In this document: positions 10,734 to 20,353 of the stretch, in pieces | How positions within the stretch are numbered: the first letter of the stretch is position 1 | Layout: each line of letters opens with the position of its first letter | The notes under the pieces: generated by a model | What the model was told of the DNA's origin: nothing | What the model saw: the letters and a program-made list of their open reading frames with translations, nothing else | Databases searched by the model: none | Assembly (NCBI GenBank): GCA_000002445.1 | Contig: CP000071.1 | Location: 1,856,001 to 1,920,000 of the forward strand | Direction: 5' to 3' | DNA length: 64,000 nucleotides | Source of the DNA: Trypanosoma brucei | Lineage: Eukaryota | Position numbers and translations under genes: made by a program

Positions 10734-11099
10734 ATGTCCCACAACCTATTTACTGAGGAAGACAACAACAAGACCATCCGTATGGTCATTGGTGAAACCT
10801 TCACGATTGAACTTAAGAGCAACCCAACCACCGGCTACACGTGGCTTCGTTCAGGTCTCGCCGGTACCGAACTCAGCGATTGCACCTTCGCCATCCAAAG
10901 CAAATTTAACAACCGTGCGCCTCATGATAACCACAAGAATCACAGACGCCTATTGGTTGGTGCGGGTGGCACGATGGTACTCGAAGTGAAAGCCCTTAAA
11001 CCCGGGAAGCACACGCTTTCACTCGCTTACGGACGCCCATGGGTTGGATTCAATGCCGCAGCCAAACGTTACAACATTCACGTCGAGGCCACCGCATAA
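10734..11099 (+). CDS. ICP: Chagasin-family inhibitor of cysteine peptidases (ICP), 121 aa.
   Basis: The NPTTGYTW motif and the RPW/GxG loop pattern are characteristic of chagasin/ICP (Ig-like fold inhibitor of papain-family proteases). ATG with upstream polyY. Confidence 0.9.
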   Translation: MSHNLFTEEDNNKTIRMVIGETFTIELKSNPTTGYTWLRSGLAGTELSDCTFAIQSKFNNRAPHDNHKNHRRLLVGAGGTMVLEVKALKPGKHTLSLAYGRPWVGFNAAAKRYNIHVEATA

Positions 11100-12061
11100 A
11101 TAAGGCGGTATGTGGAAGTGGAGAAGGAAGGAAATAAATAAATATATATATATTTATTTATTTATATAGGATTCTGCTTTTTTGTTTGTTTGTTTGTTTT
11201 TGTACAGATGTATAATCGTTTAGTGTACGGGGGGGGGAGGAGAAGAAGAAAGAGGGAAGAGGAAGTAGTACATATGAAGGGTAAAATAATTCCCTGCCTG
11301 CCTTCACTTTTATGTTTTCTTTTAATCAGCGAGAGCAGAACAAATTGAAGCAAAGAAATGAAAGTGAAAAATTAACAGTTTACGTGATTGCTTCCTGAAA
11401 TAACATGAAAAGGAGGTTTTCCTTTTTTATCATTTTTCCTTTGACTTTTGTACGATGAAGAAGGAAAGGGCATATCCGTCAAAAGGAAAAATGAGGAAAA
11501 TCTAACTTCATCTGGAGGGGAAAGGGAAGGTGGAAAACTGAATACGCTACTTTGATGTCCTTTTTCCCCTTGTGTTCTTCCCTGTTTCTCCGTTTTTCTT
11601 TTTTTTTTTTTACCCCTTGTGTGGATGCTTCATATTATTATTTTTATTATTGCTATACCCTTGCTTCGCCTTAGGAAAAAGTTATACCAATGACATAGTG
11701 GAAACCAGAGGTGTTCAAAACAAAACGAGTAGGGAAAGGGGGTGATATGCTTTACTTTCTTCTGTTGTTATTTGCTGTTTCCGTGCTGCCGTTTGGGATG
11801 CCCGTTTTCCCTTCTTTTTCAAACTGCTTCAGTTTAATAACTTATGTTTACTCCATCCCGCCTTTTATTCTCGAATTTGAGCAGGCGTAACTTTCAGTTG
11901 CAAGGGTGACTGGAAGTGTCATTCAGTTGCACACAAGTCTTAACGCCCTAGCAATAGAAGAAATACCTACGTTTAACTCTAACCATAGCAAAGACAAAAG
12001 TAGAACAAGCGTCACGTTGGAAAAGCAAGTGAATTTGTTTGGAAACTTGGGGAGACGCGTA

Positions 12062-12601
12062 ATGGAACGAATTGGTGAGTTTACCGTCATGGCATTTCAT
12101 AATGTTCGCAATGCCGCTGCACTCCACGATCACTTCAAGAAGAAAAAGATTGACGCGGCGGTTATAGATGCAGCTTACATTGTGTCGCACCTTCACCTTT
12201 CCGTGGCTCTGCATCGCTTATCAACTGAGCCGCTTATCACAGAAAGCGGTGCCAAATCAGTCGCTTCTTCATCAACCGCTTGCGGCACATCTCTCGTACC
12301 AGAGCGGAAGGTTACCGCTCGCGATGTTTTTTCGTCGCTGTCGCACACTCGCAACCTCGACCGGGTGCTGGAGCGCCTTACTTGCGCAAGCACCACAACT
12401 GCAGTCGTCATTGTGTTGCATGCGCCATCGTCCCAACATGTGGAGGGCGTTGCGGCATTTGTTGAAGGTGAACCGCATCGCTTGTCAGATAACAACCGTT
12501 ACTGTAAAGAAGCGGCCGTCCGAGACTTTTATGGCGTCGGAGAAGCTGAGACGGGGCTTGAGGCGGCCGTCGTGAATCGGTTAGCCACAAGCGGTATTTG
12601 A
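12062..12601 (+). CDS. Hypothetical protein. Coding status uncertain. The track ORF starts at GTG 11906.
   Basis: Longest ORF in a 2-kb gap between ICP and the SET gene. It has no domain, and several overlapping ORFs in other frames on both strands occupy the same GC-richer segment. Confidence 0.25.
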   Translation: MERIGEFTVMAFHNVRNAAALHDHFKKKKIDAAVIDAAYIVSHLHLSVALHRLSTEPLITESGAKSVASSSTACGTSLVPERKVTARDVFSSLSHTRNLDRVLERLTCASTTTAVVIVLHAPSSQHVEGVAAFVEGEPHRLSDNNRYCKEAAVRDFYGVGEAETGLEAAVVNRLATSGI

Positions 12602-13081
12602 GAAGTTGTTGGGTTCTGTTGAAAAGTGCTAAAAGGTAGTGAGTGGCAGGGCGAAGCAATGGAAAGTGGGTCTAAAACCGAATTGTGGCGAGAAACGGTT
12701 CCATTGCGTGGCGGCAGAAAAGAAGGAATACAAAAAAAAAATGATTGTGGGCACCTGCGACGGCTACTGCAACTGCCATGGTCACTTTGATGCCTCTCGT
12801 CACTACAAGGCCGGTTGTCGAGTTGTGTTGTGCTGCCGGGTCAGGACAAACGGAAAACGAATCGAGGAAAAGTTTCCGACCCCCTGTGTTTTTTACTGCC
12901 TTATTTTCCCCCCTTTCTTTTATTTATTTGCAACTTGAACCCTTCATAGGTTCCCACACGCACAAATTTCCCCCTTTTTTTTTCTTCCTCACTCAACCCC
13001 GCGCGCAGTCGTTTCATTAGCAGGTGGGGTGGCGATTTCCCTCCCGTCCCTCATATATATATATATATATATGACCGGATA

Positions 13082-14719
13082 ATGCCTGGGTGTCTTGAGG
13101 TACGTTACATTGGTGAGAGTCATGGCGTGGGTTCCTATACACTGAAACCAGCCAAAGCGGGGGATGTCCTTCTGCAGGAGTACCCCGTCGCATTTGCCAA
13201 GGCCCAAAGACAAGACGCACTGGAACCTCATCGCATCTGTGGCGGTTGCGGTATGATCCTCACCAGTCTAAAGGAGGAGTGCCGGCGCTTAGCGCTGCTC
13301 GCACTTGAGGCAACCACCGGAGGGTCATCGCAACTTGATGAGCGAGTGCACGGCAGTAGTAATGCATGTGAAGAGCAAAAATATGAACATGAAGCAGTTG
13401 GTAATCGAGCGGGCGTCACGGAATGTGCTGTCGAAGCGCCGGAGCTGGCTGTTATAGTCTCACCTGACAAGTTATATGACACGTTCAAGGACCATGAAAT
13501 GTGGGAACACTTCCAGAAGGGGGTTGAAGCCAGTGACGATATACCAGAAGGCGGAGCCGATAGCGCGGAGGTTCGGTTTTGCAGTATGGAATGCAAGGAG
13601 CACTGCCTTGGGGGCCGGGGCGGGCGTTTCGTGCTTCCACTGTTGCGGGAACCGCCATGCAACGAACTGCAGCTCACCTCTGGCGTAATGGAGGCACAAG
13701 GCATTGAAGATGTTGACAAGCTACGCACACCATCCGCTGATACGATCATGTACCAGTCAACAACCTTGACGGCTGAAGTCGCGGTGGAAGTGTGGCCAAC
13801 CAAGGCCCATGCACTCGCTACGTTGGAGTTTCTTGCAGAGAAGTATAATGCACGATTGCGGCTTGTTCTGTTCATCCTTGCTCGCTTTCTCTCGGACATT
13901 CTTTCCACGGGCTCGGTGGCAGCTAACAAACAGTTTGAAGAGCGTCTTGGTGAAAGAGTGCAAGAATTTGTACAGCATTACGACGAGGGTGCGTCGCGAG
14001 GCCTATCACCCGAGCAGCGCTCGTTTCTTCGCTTCTCGTGGAAGTGCGTTTGCCGCTGGATAACTCTTTGCTGCGTGAATGAAGGAAAGGTAGCCACTGC
14101 AGTTGCAGGTAGCGAAGATAAATTTTGTGAAGGACTATGCAGTGCAGAGAGAGTGTGCTCTAGCACAGCTGAATGGTTCCCCCTCCAACTTTACCTACGT
14201 TGCTTTTGGGTAACAGATGCTAATGCACACATGTACGTTGTAGTTTCCCCGCTCTATAGCTTGTTATCCGAGAGGTTGCCAATACTGAGTGGCATATACC
14301 GTATCCAGAGCGAAACACATTTTGGCAAAGGCAGAGGTGAAAACGTTTGTGAGAACGAAGATTCCAACGTTGGTAGCGGGCGAGAGGTGGATCGTTTAAA
14401 CCGTCAAATGAAAATACTCCAATTTCTGTTCCAAACTGTGGACCCGAACAGAGCTCACTCCAGAGGTGTGGCTCTCTATGATGCGGCGGCGAAGATAAAC
14501 CATAGTTGCGCACCATCAGTCCGATTTGTGCCGACCCATGGCGGGGTCAAGGCCGTCGTTGTGGCGTTGCGAGATATTCCCAGCGGCGAGGAGGTGAGAA
14601 CGTCGTACATTGAAGTTGGGGCGTATCCCACAAACAAGGCACGAAGGGAGTTCCTGCTTAGCAGCTACGGGTTTAACTGCGATTGCCCACTATGCGTAAC
14701 TGAATGTGAACCAACATAA
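13082..14719 (+). CDS. SET-domain protein, probably a SMYD-like lysine methyltransferase, 545 aa.
   Basis: C-terminal NHSCAPS..GEEV..SY and a post-SET CxCxxC motif. The split-SET N-terminal half is near the start. Confidence 0.8.
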   Translation: MPGCLEVRYIGESHGVGSYTLKPAKAGDVLLQEYPVAFAKAQRQDALEPHRICGGCGMILTSLKEECRRLALLALEATTGGSSQLDERVHGSSNACEEQKYEHEAVGNRAGVTECAVEAPELAVIVSPDKLYDTFKDHEMWEHFQKGVEASDDIPEGGADSAEVRFCSMECKEHCLGGRGGRFVLPLLREPPCNELQLTSGVMEAQGIEDVDKLRTPSADTIMYQSTTLTAEVAVEVWPTKAHALATLEFLAEKYNARLRLVLFILARFLSDILSTGSVAANKQFEERLGERVQEFVQHYDEGASRGLSPEQRSFLRFSWKCVCRWITLCCVNEGKVATAVAGSEDKFCEGLCSAERVCSSTAEWFPLQLYLRCFWVTDANAHMYVVVSPLYSLLSERLPILSGIYRIQSETHFGKGRGENVCENEDSNVGSGREVDRLNRQMKILQFLFQTVDPNRAHSRGVALYDAAAKINHSCAPSVRFVPTHGGVKAVVVALRDIPSGEEVRTSYIEVGAYPTNKARREFLLSSYGFNCDCPLCVTECEPT

Positions 14720-15120
14720 GGTTTATTTATTAAACGTGCGTTTTGGTTGTTTGGATGGCGTGCTTCCTGTTCGCTCTCCGGTTCTCACGCGGACATACGT
14801 GGTGGGTTTATCGCGCGGCGAGAGGCGTTATTAGTTACATTAACTTACTTGATATTAACCGTAATAGTTACGCATGGTCGGGTAGGGCTCGTTGTGCTGC
14901 TTGTGCTAACGCTGCTCTCGATCGTCATTACAAATTTCCAAGGAAAAAAAAACGCATACATACACATATCTTATCATTTAAATGTACTACGTTTACCGTT
15001 GTTGGTAGTATGAGGAGCTCTGCGCGCGCGTCCAATCCTATCGTGTGAGCAACTGCAACAAAGAAACATAAAAAGGTCACGCAAGTTGTGAAGTTAGTTT
15101 CTATTCGGAGCGTTCCGCGT

Positions 15121-16140
15121 ATGGGGTTCAAGTGTCTCCTCTCATCACGCGCCCTTCTTCAGGTTACCGGGTCTGTTGCTCATGAATTCCTGCAGGGCCT
15201 CTTCACAAATGACTTGCGGCAACTCCAGCCCGGTGGCAGCCTGTGGGGATGTTTTCTTCACCACACGGGTCGCGTTATGTGCGATGCCTATCTTTACCAA
15301 TCGACTCGCACGCCCGAAGGACAGGTAACTATTATGATTGATGTGCATTGTGGCGTTGCGGACACCCTGTTGGAGCACCTGAAAGAGTACCGGATGCGCA
15401 AGAAGTTAGAAATACGGAGTGCAGCCGAAGAGTTGGTGGTGGTGGCTGCTGCAACGATTGGAAATTCGATCTCGTCCTGCGGAGACAATGCTGGAAGTTC
15501 CCCATCATCATCGTCGGCAACATACGGTGGGGACCAGGAACTTAGTGGCCCACAAGGTGTGGATTCATTCGATACCTTGGCGGAGACATTTACTGACCCA
15601 CGCAGCTTCGCTCTCCCAGCCACTCTTCGGAAGATGATTGTTCCTCGGAAAGGTGCCCCACCCACTCTGGACTCAGAGAAATTGTACAAGAAATTTCTGT
15701 ACGCAGCCGGCGTCGGTGAAGGACCCGAAGTGTTCAGGCCTTCGAAAACACTACCCTTTGAAGCAAACACTGACTTGTTACGAGGCGTCAGTTTTCACAA
15801 AGGCTGTTATATGGGACAAGAGCTCACTCACCGTACTCATGTAATGCTTGTCACACGCAAGCGCACAGTACCACTGTTCCTTCAGGGGGAGCTGTTTGAC
15901 GGGAAGGGAGGCGAAAAAACACCGCATGTTGAGGGGACGTTGGTGATCGGCAACCAGAAGGTTGGTGAGGTTCTCACTGCATGTGGTAACGTTGGGCTCG
16001 GGTTACTGCGTTTGAACCACGTGGACATCACGACGCGAAGCTTTCCGGGGTTGTCACTGAGCGATGGCACAACTGTCGATGCGAGAATCCCTGAGTGGTG
16101 GGACGAAAAGGAGCTACGCAAAGTCCTCACCAAATCATGA
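15121..16140 (+). CDS. IBA57: IBA57/CAF17/YgfZ-family folate-binding protein (aminomethyltransferase-like Fe-S cluster assembly factor).
   Basis: N-terminal LLQVTGSVAHEFLQGLFTND matches the GcvT/YgfZ folate-binding domain. The C-terminal barrel is present. The track start GTG 15088 was moved to ATG 15121. Confidence 0.7.
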   Translation: MGFKCLLSSRALLQVTGSVAHEFLQGLFTNDLRQLQPGGSLWGCFLHHTGRVMCDAYLYQSTRTPEGQVTIMIDVHCGVADTLLEHLKEYRMRKKLEIRSAAEELVVVAAATIGNSISSCGDNAGSSPSSSSATYGGDQELSGPQGVDSFDTLAETFTDPRSFALPATLRKMIVPRKGAPPTLDSEKLYKKFLYAAGVGEGPEVFRPSKTLPFEANTDLLRGVSFHKGCYMGQELTHRTHVMLVTRKRTVPLFLQGELFDGKGGEKTPHVEGTLVIGNQKVGEVLTACGNVGLGLLRLNHVDITTRSFPGLSLSDGTTVDARIPEWWDEKELRKVLTKS

Positions 16141-17113
16141 TGGTAGCTGAAAGACAGAACGGGGTTGGAGGAGGAATGGGTGGTGTTTTTTGATCCGTTC
16201 TACCAAATTTTACTCTCCTATACACAAATATACGAACATTTGAAATGGCGCGGAGAACGGGCGCTTTCGTGCCCGAGTAGCCGTGAGAAAATTTGGTCCT
16301 GTGGTGTTTTTCCCCAGCACCACCACGCCCATTGCCTTGTTTGTTCTTACTAAATCTATCGTCAGAGTGTATTTTTTCTCAGTGTTGTTATTATTGAATG
16401 AAGTGTATGGAGATGAAGAAAGTTGACATTGTCCTTGCTGCCGACTCTTTTTTAAACATTCCGTATTCTTTTTGTTGGCGTGGTCGTGTTGTTGCAACCA
16501 CCATGCAAATACGGGCGAGGGAGTATGCATTGGAGAATACCCCCAGAATAGCGACGTGGCGGATACACATCCTAAGGCAAATACATATATATATATACTT
16601 TTTTATAACTATATTTACGTGGGTGCTTGTGTTGACGTTTGTAGCGTGAAGTTCAGTGGGAGTAAATGCGAAGGTGATGGGTAGAGCCATACTCTAAGTA
16701 CCGTGTTACTCTCACATTATTCTTTCTCTTCCTTCTGTTTTGCTAACTTGTTAAACGCATTTTAAACACGCATTTTGCTTACCGAAGGTAAGAAGAACCA
16801 AGCAAAGGTGACGGTGGGTGGCCACACAGAAGTTAAGGATTTCGCTCCGGCGCGCGCACCTCGCTGAACAAGGACGCCACACATAACGGGCTAGCCAAAA
16901 AGGGGGAAAAGTGAGGCTGACGGAGGCACGCTTCCCTTCCATCGTTCTGGTTGGTTCTCTTGGTATCGCTCACTCTACCTGCATTCTCCTTCACCCCCTT
17001 ACCAGGCCATTCTACTAGAAAACAGAAGGGACTTGGCTTACTTACTTTTCCTTTATCTAAGAGCGCCGTGAAGGAGCCAAGGGAGTAAAACGACAGTGTG
17101 GTTAAAAAAAGTG

Positions 17114-20100
17114 ATGGGTTGTGGTGCCTCCAGCAGGGTTGTGGAATCCGATGACAGGGAACGGCATAAATCACCACATTCCGCAGCCGAATGTTCGCCT
17201 AAGCTGGGCGCCGCTGAGGTTTCCCCTAACGCCAAACTCAAGGAGGTTCCGTCTGTTTCAACAAGCGTCATCGAAGGCCTGAAAGGACACCAGGGGACCT
17301 TCGTCATGTCGAAGTTCTCCAATGATAGCATGACTACAAGCGCATCGTATCTCAATCAACCAAACACCAACGAGGCTTTACCTCCCATCCAAACCGCAGA
17401 AGCTTCCTTTGCTCCGTCGGACGCCGCTGACTCCACAAGGGGAAATGGGAGATCGCCCTTCGCGTCGAATTTTACCGACAGCAATGTGGCTACCAGTTTT
17501 CTTAGAATCCCGCATTTAAACAGTGAGGTTGATTCGGACGCGAGGTTTAGCAGCAACGCATTTGAAAGCAGATGTCGTTCCGGCTCTGTGGTGAGCACTG
17601 GCGTGTGCAACGTACCCATACTTCCAACATTTTCCCACTGCAATAGCAGGGATTCACGTTTTCAAAGCCCATGTGGAGTAAATAGGTGTGACTCTTACAG
17701 TCCAACGGCTCGTCCTCATGAATGTTCACGCCGCTGTGGTTGGGGGGAGTACGAAACGCTGAGACGACTCAGTATTAATAACAGCATGGACGGCACTAAC
17801 GGCACCATAGCAGACACAGCAACTACAGCCAGCAGCGTAGAACACTCCAATAATTATGCGGGGCATCGTTATAGTTTCATAGGGACGGACTGTGGGTGTA
17901 GCAGCCTCTTTTATGACCCATGTGAGAGGTGCAGCCGTTGTATACTCGACACGGAGGCGGTGTACCGATGCGATTTATGTATGCTGATCTTCTGCACTGA
18001 CTGCCATGCGGAAATTGGGGCGGCACTGCACAGACACAAGCTAACAAGCTTCAGGCGCGCCGTAAATAGCAATGTGACTGACTCATTCCTCATCAACAAG
18101 GGGAGAAATAGGGACGGGAACAAAGTAATCAATGAATATGTGGTGATAAAGGTGCTTGGAAGGGGGTCACACGCGAAAGTTAATCTCGTGCAGCACCACC
18201 AGGATCGTACGTTTTATGCAGTGAAAATATTGCGATGTGACCGTACCAAAAAAATACATCATGGGATCGTTTCGAAGTCCAGCACCGCCAGTGATGATGA
18301 CCTTCTGCGCGAAATCGCGGTTATGAAGTTTGTATCACATCCCAATCTCATAAAACTGAAAGAGGTGATAGATGACGTTGAATCGCATAAGGTGTACGTA
18401 ATCATGGAATACTGTGCCAAGGGACCAGTTCATGTTCACGGTGAGCCGCCGCTACCCCCAGAGAAGGTGAGAAAATACGGATGTGACATACTATCCGGCC
18501 TGTTGCAACTCCACGCACAGTATCTTTATCACTGGGATATTAAACCGGCCAATTGCCTTGTTGACGACAATGACGTCGCGAAGATAGCTGACTTTGGTGC
18601 TTGCGGTAGCTCGACGCGAACCTGCAAGGTTGGCGGCACTCCCGCATACAGCTGCCCCGAACAGTTTGCTGGAACGCATATTGGAGGCCATGTTGCAGAT
18701 AGTTGGGCTTTTGCCATGACGTTATATCAAATGTCACATGGCACCCTCGCGTATAGCACTACCTCCATTTCCAGCTTGAGGGACAGTATGCTAGATCCAA
18801 CACCGCTACCCATTCAAGAAGGAGTAGAGCCCGAGTTGAAGGACTTATTGCGCCGAATGTTAAATAAGGATATGTCGCAGCGAATGATGCTACACGATGC
18901 TATGAAGCACTCGTACTTCAGTGGATATGTGACGCAAAGTTATACAACAGTCGAGCCTTCCAATGAGTCAGCGGGGTGCATCACGGAAGACTTGTACGCC
19001 CGTGCACAGCAAGCAGTGCTTCGAGGGAAACGGGTCGGTGATTTCTTTCATGGCGTGCAGTTTGTGCGCAGAATACGCCGAATGATGGTTCGTCATATCA
19101 ACACGCACGACGTGGACGATGAAGATGATTTTTTCCCTGAACTCCCAGAGGCATCCTCATTGGAGAGTACCCAACGTTTAGTGACCAACGAAGCTGACAT
19201 ACACGAAGTGCATAAGATAGTCAGTAGTTTCGTCGGGGATGCTGTGAGAGGAGCGCTTCGAATTGACGGAATCCTCATGACTACACTTCATTCCTTCGTA
19301 GCGGAGGCGGCACCGTTGGTTTCGAAGCTGTGTTGCAGCAATAACAAGCTCACGTGTGTGGGAACAGTTGATTTCTCGAAGTTTCAACACCTTCGCGTGC
19401 TGCAGATTTGTGAAAACTCGCTCAGGCAATTTCCACTGGATGTTCTCCACGCCCCTAGGTTACAGTTCCTGGATTTATCTCACAATCATATCAAAGACAT
19501 ACCGCCCGCGCTCACCTGCGCCCGGGAACTTCAAACATTGTGCATGAACCACAACCAAGTGGCATACGTGGGTTGTAACGAGTGCGGTGCATCCGTCCTC
19601 TCAGGAGAATCTATGCAAAAGGTGGTGCTGACTGCCAACCCATTGCGCCATCTACCAGCTGAGATCACATCATGTTCCAAGTTGGAGTTAATTTTAGACG
19701 ATGCCCCATCGCTGTTGGAAGAGTGGTATGCATCAATTAATCAGTCGACAAGTGTGAGTATTACGTGGAACGACATTTATCCTTGTCGAGTATACCCCGA
19801 GGTGCCACTCTTCGTTGCTTCTAAAAGCATTAAACTATATAACTTGACTATACTAGAGGCACTCGGCACGCGTAATGTTGTGTTGACACAATTCGAGTCG
19901 TGGCTCCCCACAGGTGAAGTGAATTCTGCTGCAATGGAAGAGCACGTTCGACGCCGGCAGAAGGAGTCAGTGAGGGTTAATGGAAATGATAGCGAATGTG
20001 AAATTCGCTCGCCAGTCGTTAGAAAGACGGCAATGAATGTCGGGGATTGTCTTCCCATACCGAATATTCTCTCTAAATCAGTTTGTCGGTTCCTCCATAG

Positions 20101-20353
20101 TTACTTTATATTGGAAGAGAAAACCTCCTATACAGTATCTGCCTACGGAGCTCTCAAGAATTATCTCACAACATGTCTCGGTAGAAATGAAAGTGTTGTT
20201 GTATTTCTCGATGAGCGGAGGGATTCACAAAATACCCGTGATACAATTGTTGCAGTTTTGTGTGAAGTACTGATGGCTGCGAAAGGGGGTAAGAGAACAC
20301 TGAGTGGTTGCATCAGCGATGTAGTTGATGCGACGCGGGGGCTCTACGCGTGA
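17114..20353 (+). CDS. Protein kinase with N-terminal MGCG dual-acylation motif, a B-box-type zinc finger and C-terminal leucine-rich repeats, 1079 aa.
   Basis: Kinase motifs: GRGSHAKV, AVKIL, HWDIKPANCLVD, DFG and GTPAYSCPE. Cys/His cluster CSRC-x9-CDLC-x4-CTDC-H..H. LRR block LRVLQICENSL...LQFLDLSHNHIKDIP. MGCGAS at the N-terminus. The track start GTG 17096 was moved to ATG 17114. Confidence 0.85.
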   Translation: MGCGASSRVVESDDRERHKSPHSAAECSPKLGAAEVSPNAKLKEVPSVSTSVIEGLKGHQGTFVMSKFSNDSMTTSASYLNQPNTNEALPPIQTAEASFAPSDAADSTRGNGRSPFASNFTDSNVATSFLRIPHLNSEVDSDARFSSNAFESRCRSGSVVSTGVCNVPILPTFSHCNSRDSRFQSPCGVNRCDSYSPTARPHECSRRCGWGEYETLRRLSINNSMDGTNGTIADTATTASSVEHSNNYAGHRYSFIGTDCGCSSLFYDPCERCSRCILDTEAVYRCDLCMLIFCTDCHAEIGAALHRHKLTSFRRAVNSNVTDSFLINKGRNRDGNKVINEYVVIKVLGRGSHAKVNLVQHHQDRTFYAVKILRCDRTKKIHHGIVSKSSTASDDDLLREIAVMKFVSHPNLIKLKEVIDDVESHKVYVIMEYCAKGPVHVHGEPPLPPEKVRKYGCDILSGLLQLHAQYLYHWDIKPANCLVDDNDVAKIADFGACGSSTRTCKVGGTPAYSCPEQFAGTHIGGHVADSWAFAMTLYQMSHGTLAYSTTSISSLRDSMLDPTPLPIQEGVEPELKDLLRRMLNKDMSQRMMLHDAMKHSYFSGYVTQSYTTVEPSNESAGCITEDLYARAQQAVLRGKRVGDFFHGVQFVRRIRRMMVRHINTHDVDDEDDFFPELPEASSLESTQRLVTNEADIHEVHKIVSSFVGDAVRGALRIDGILMTTLHSFVAEAAPLVSKLCCSNNKLTCVGTVDFSKFQHLRVLQICENSLRQFPLDVLHAPRLQFLDLSHNHIKDIPPALTCARELQTLCMNHNQVAYVGCNECGASVLSGESMQKVVLTANPLRHLPAEITSCSKLELILDDAPSLLEEWYASINQSTSVSITWNDIYPCRVYPEVPLFVASKSIKLYNLTILEALGTRNVVLTQFESWLPTGEVNSAAMEEHVRRRQKESVRVNGNDSECEIRSPVVRKTAMNVGDCLPIPNILSKSVCRFLHSYFILEEKTSYTVSAYGALKNYLTTCLGRNESVVVFLDERRDSQNTRDTIVAVLCEVLMAAKGGKRTLSGCISDVVDATRGLYA

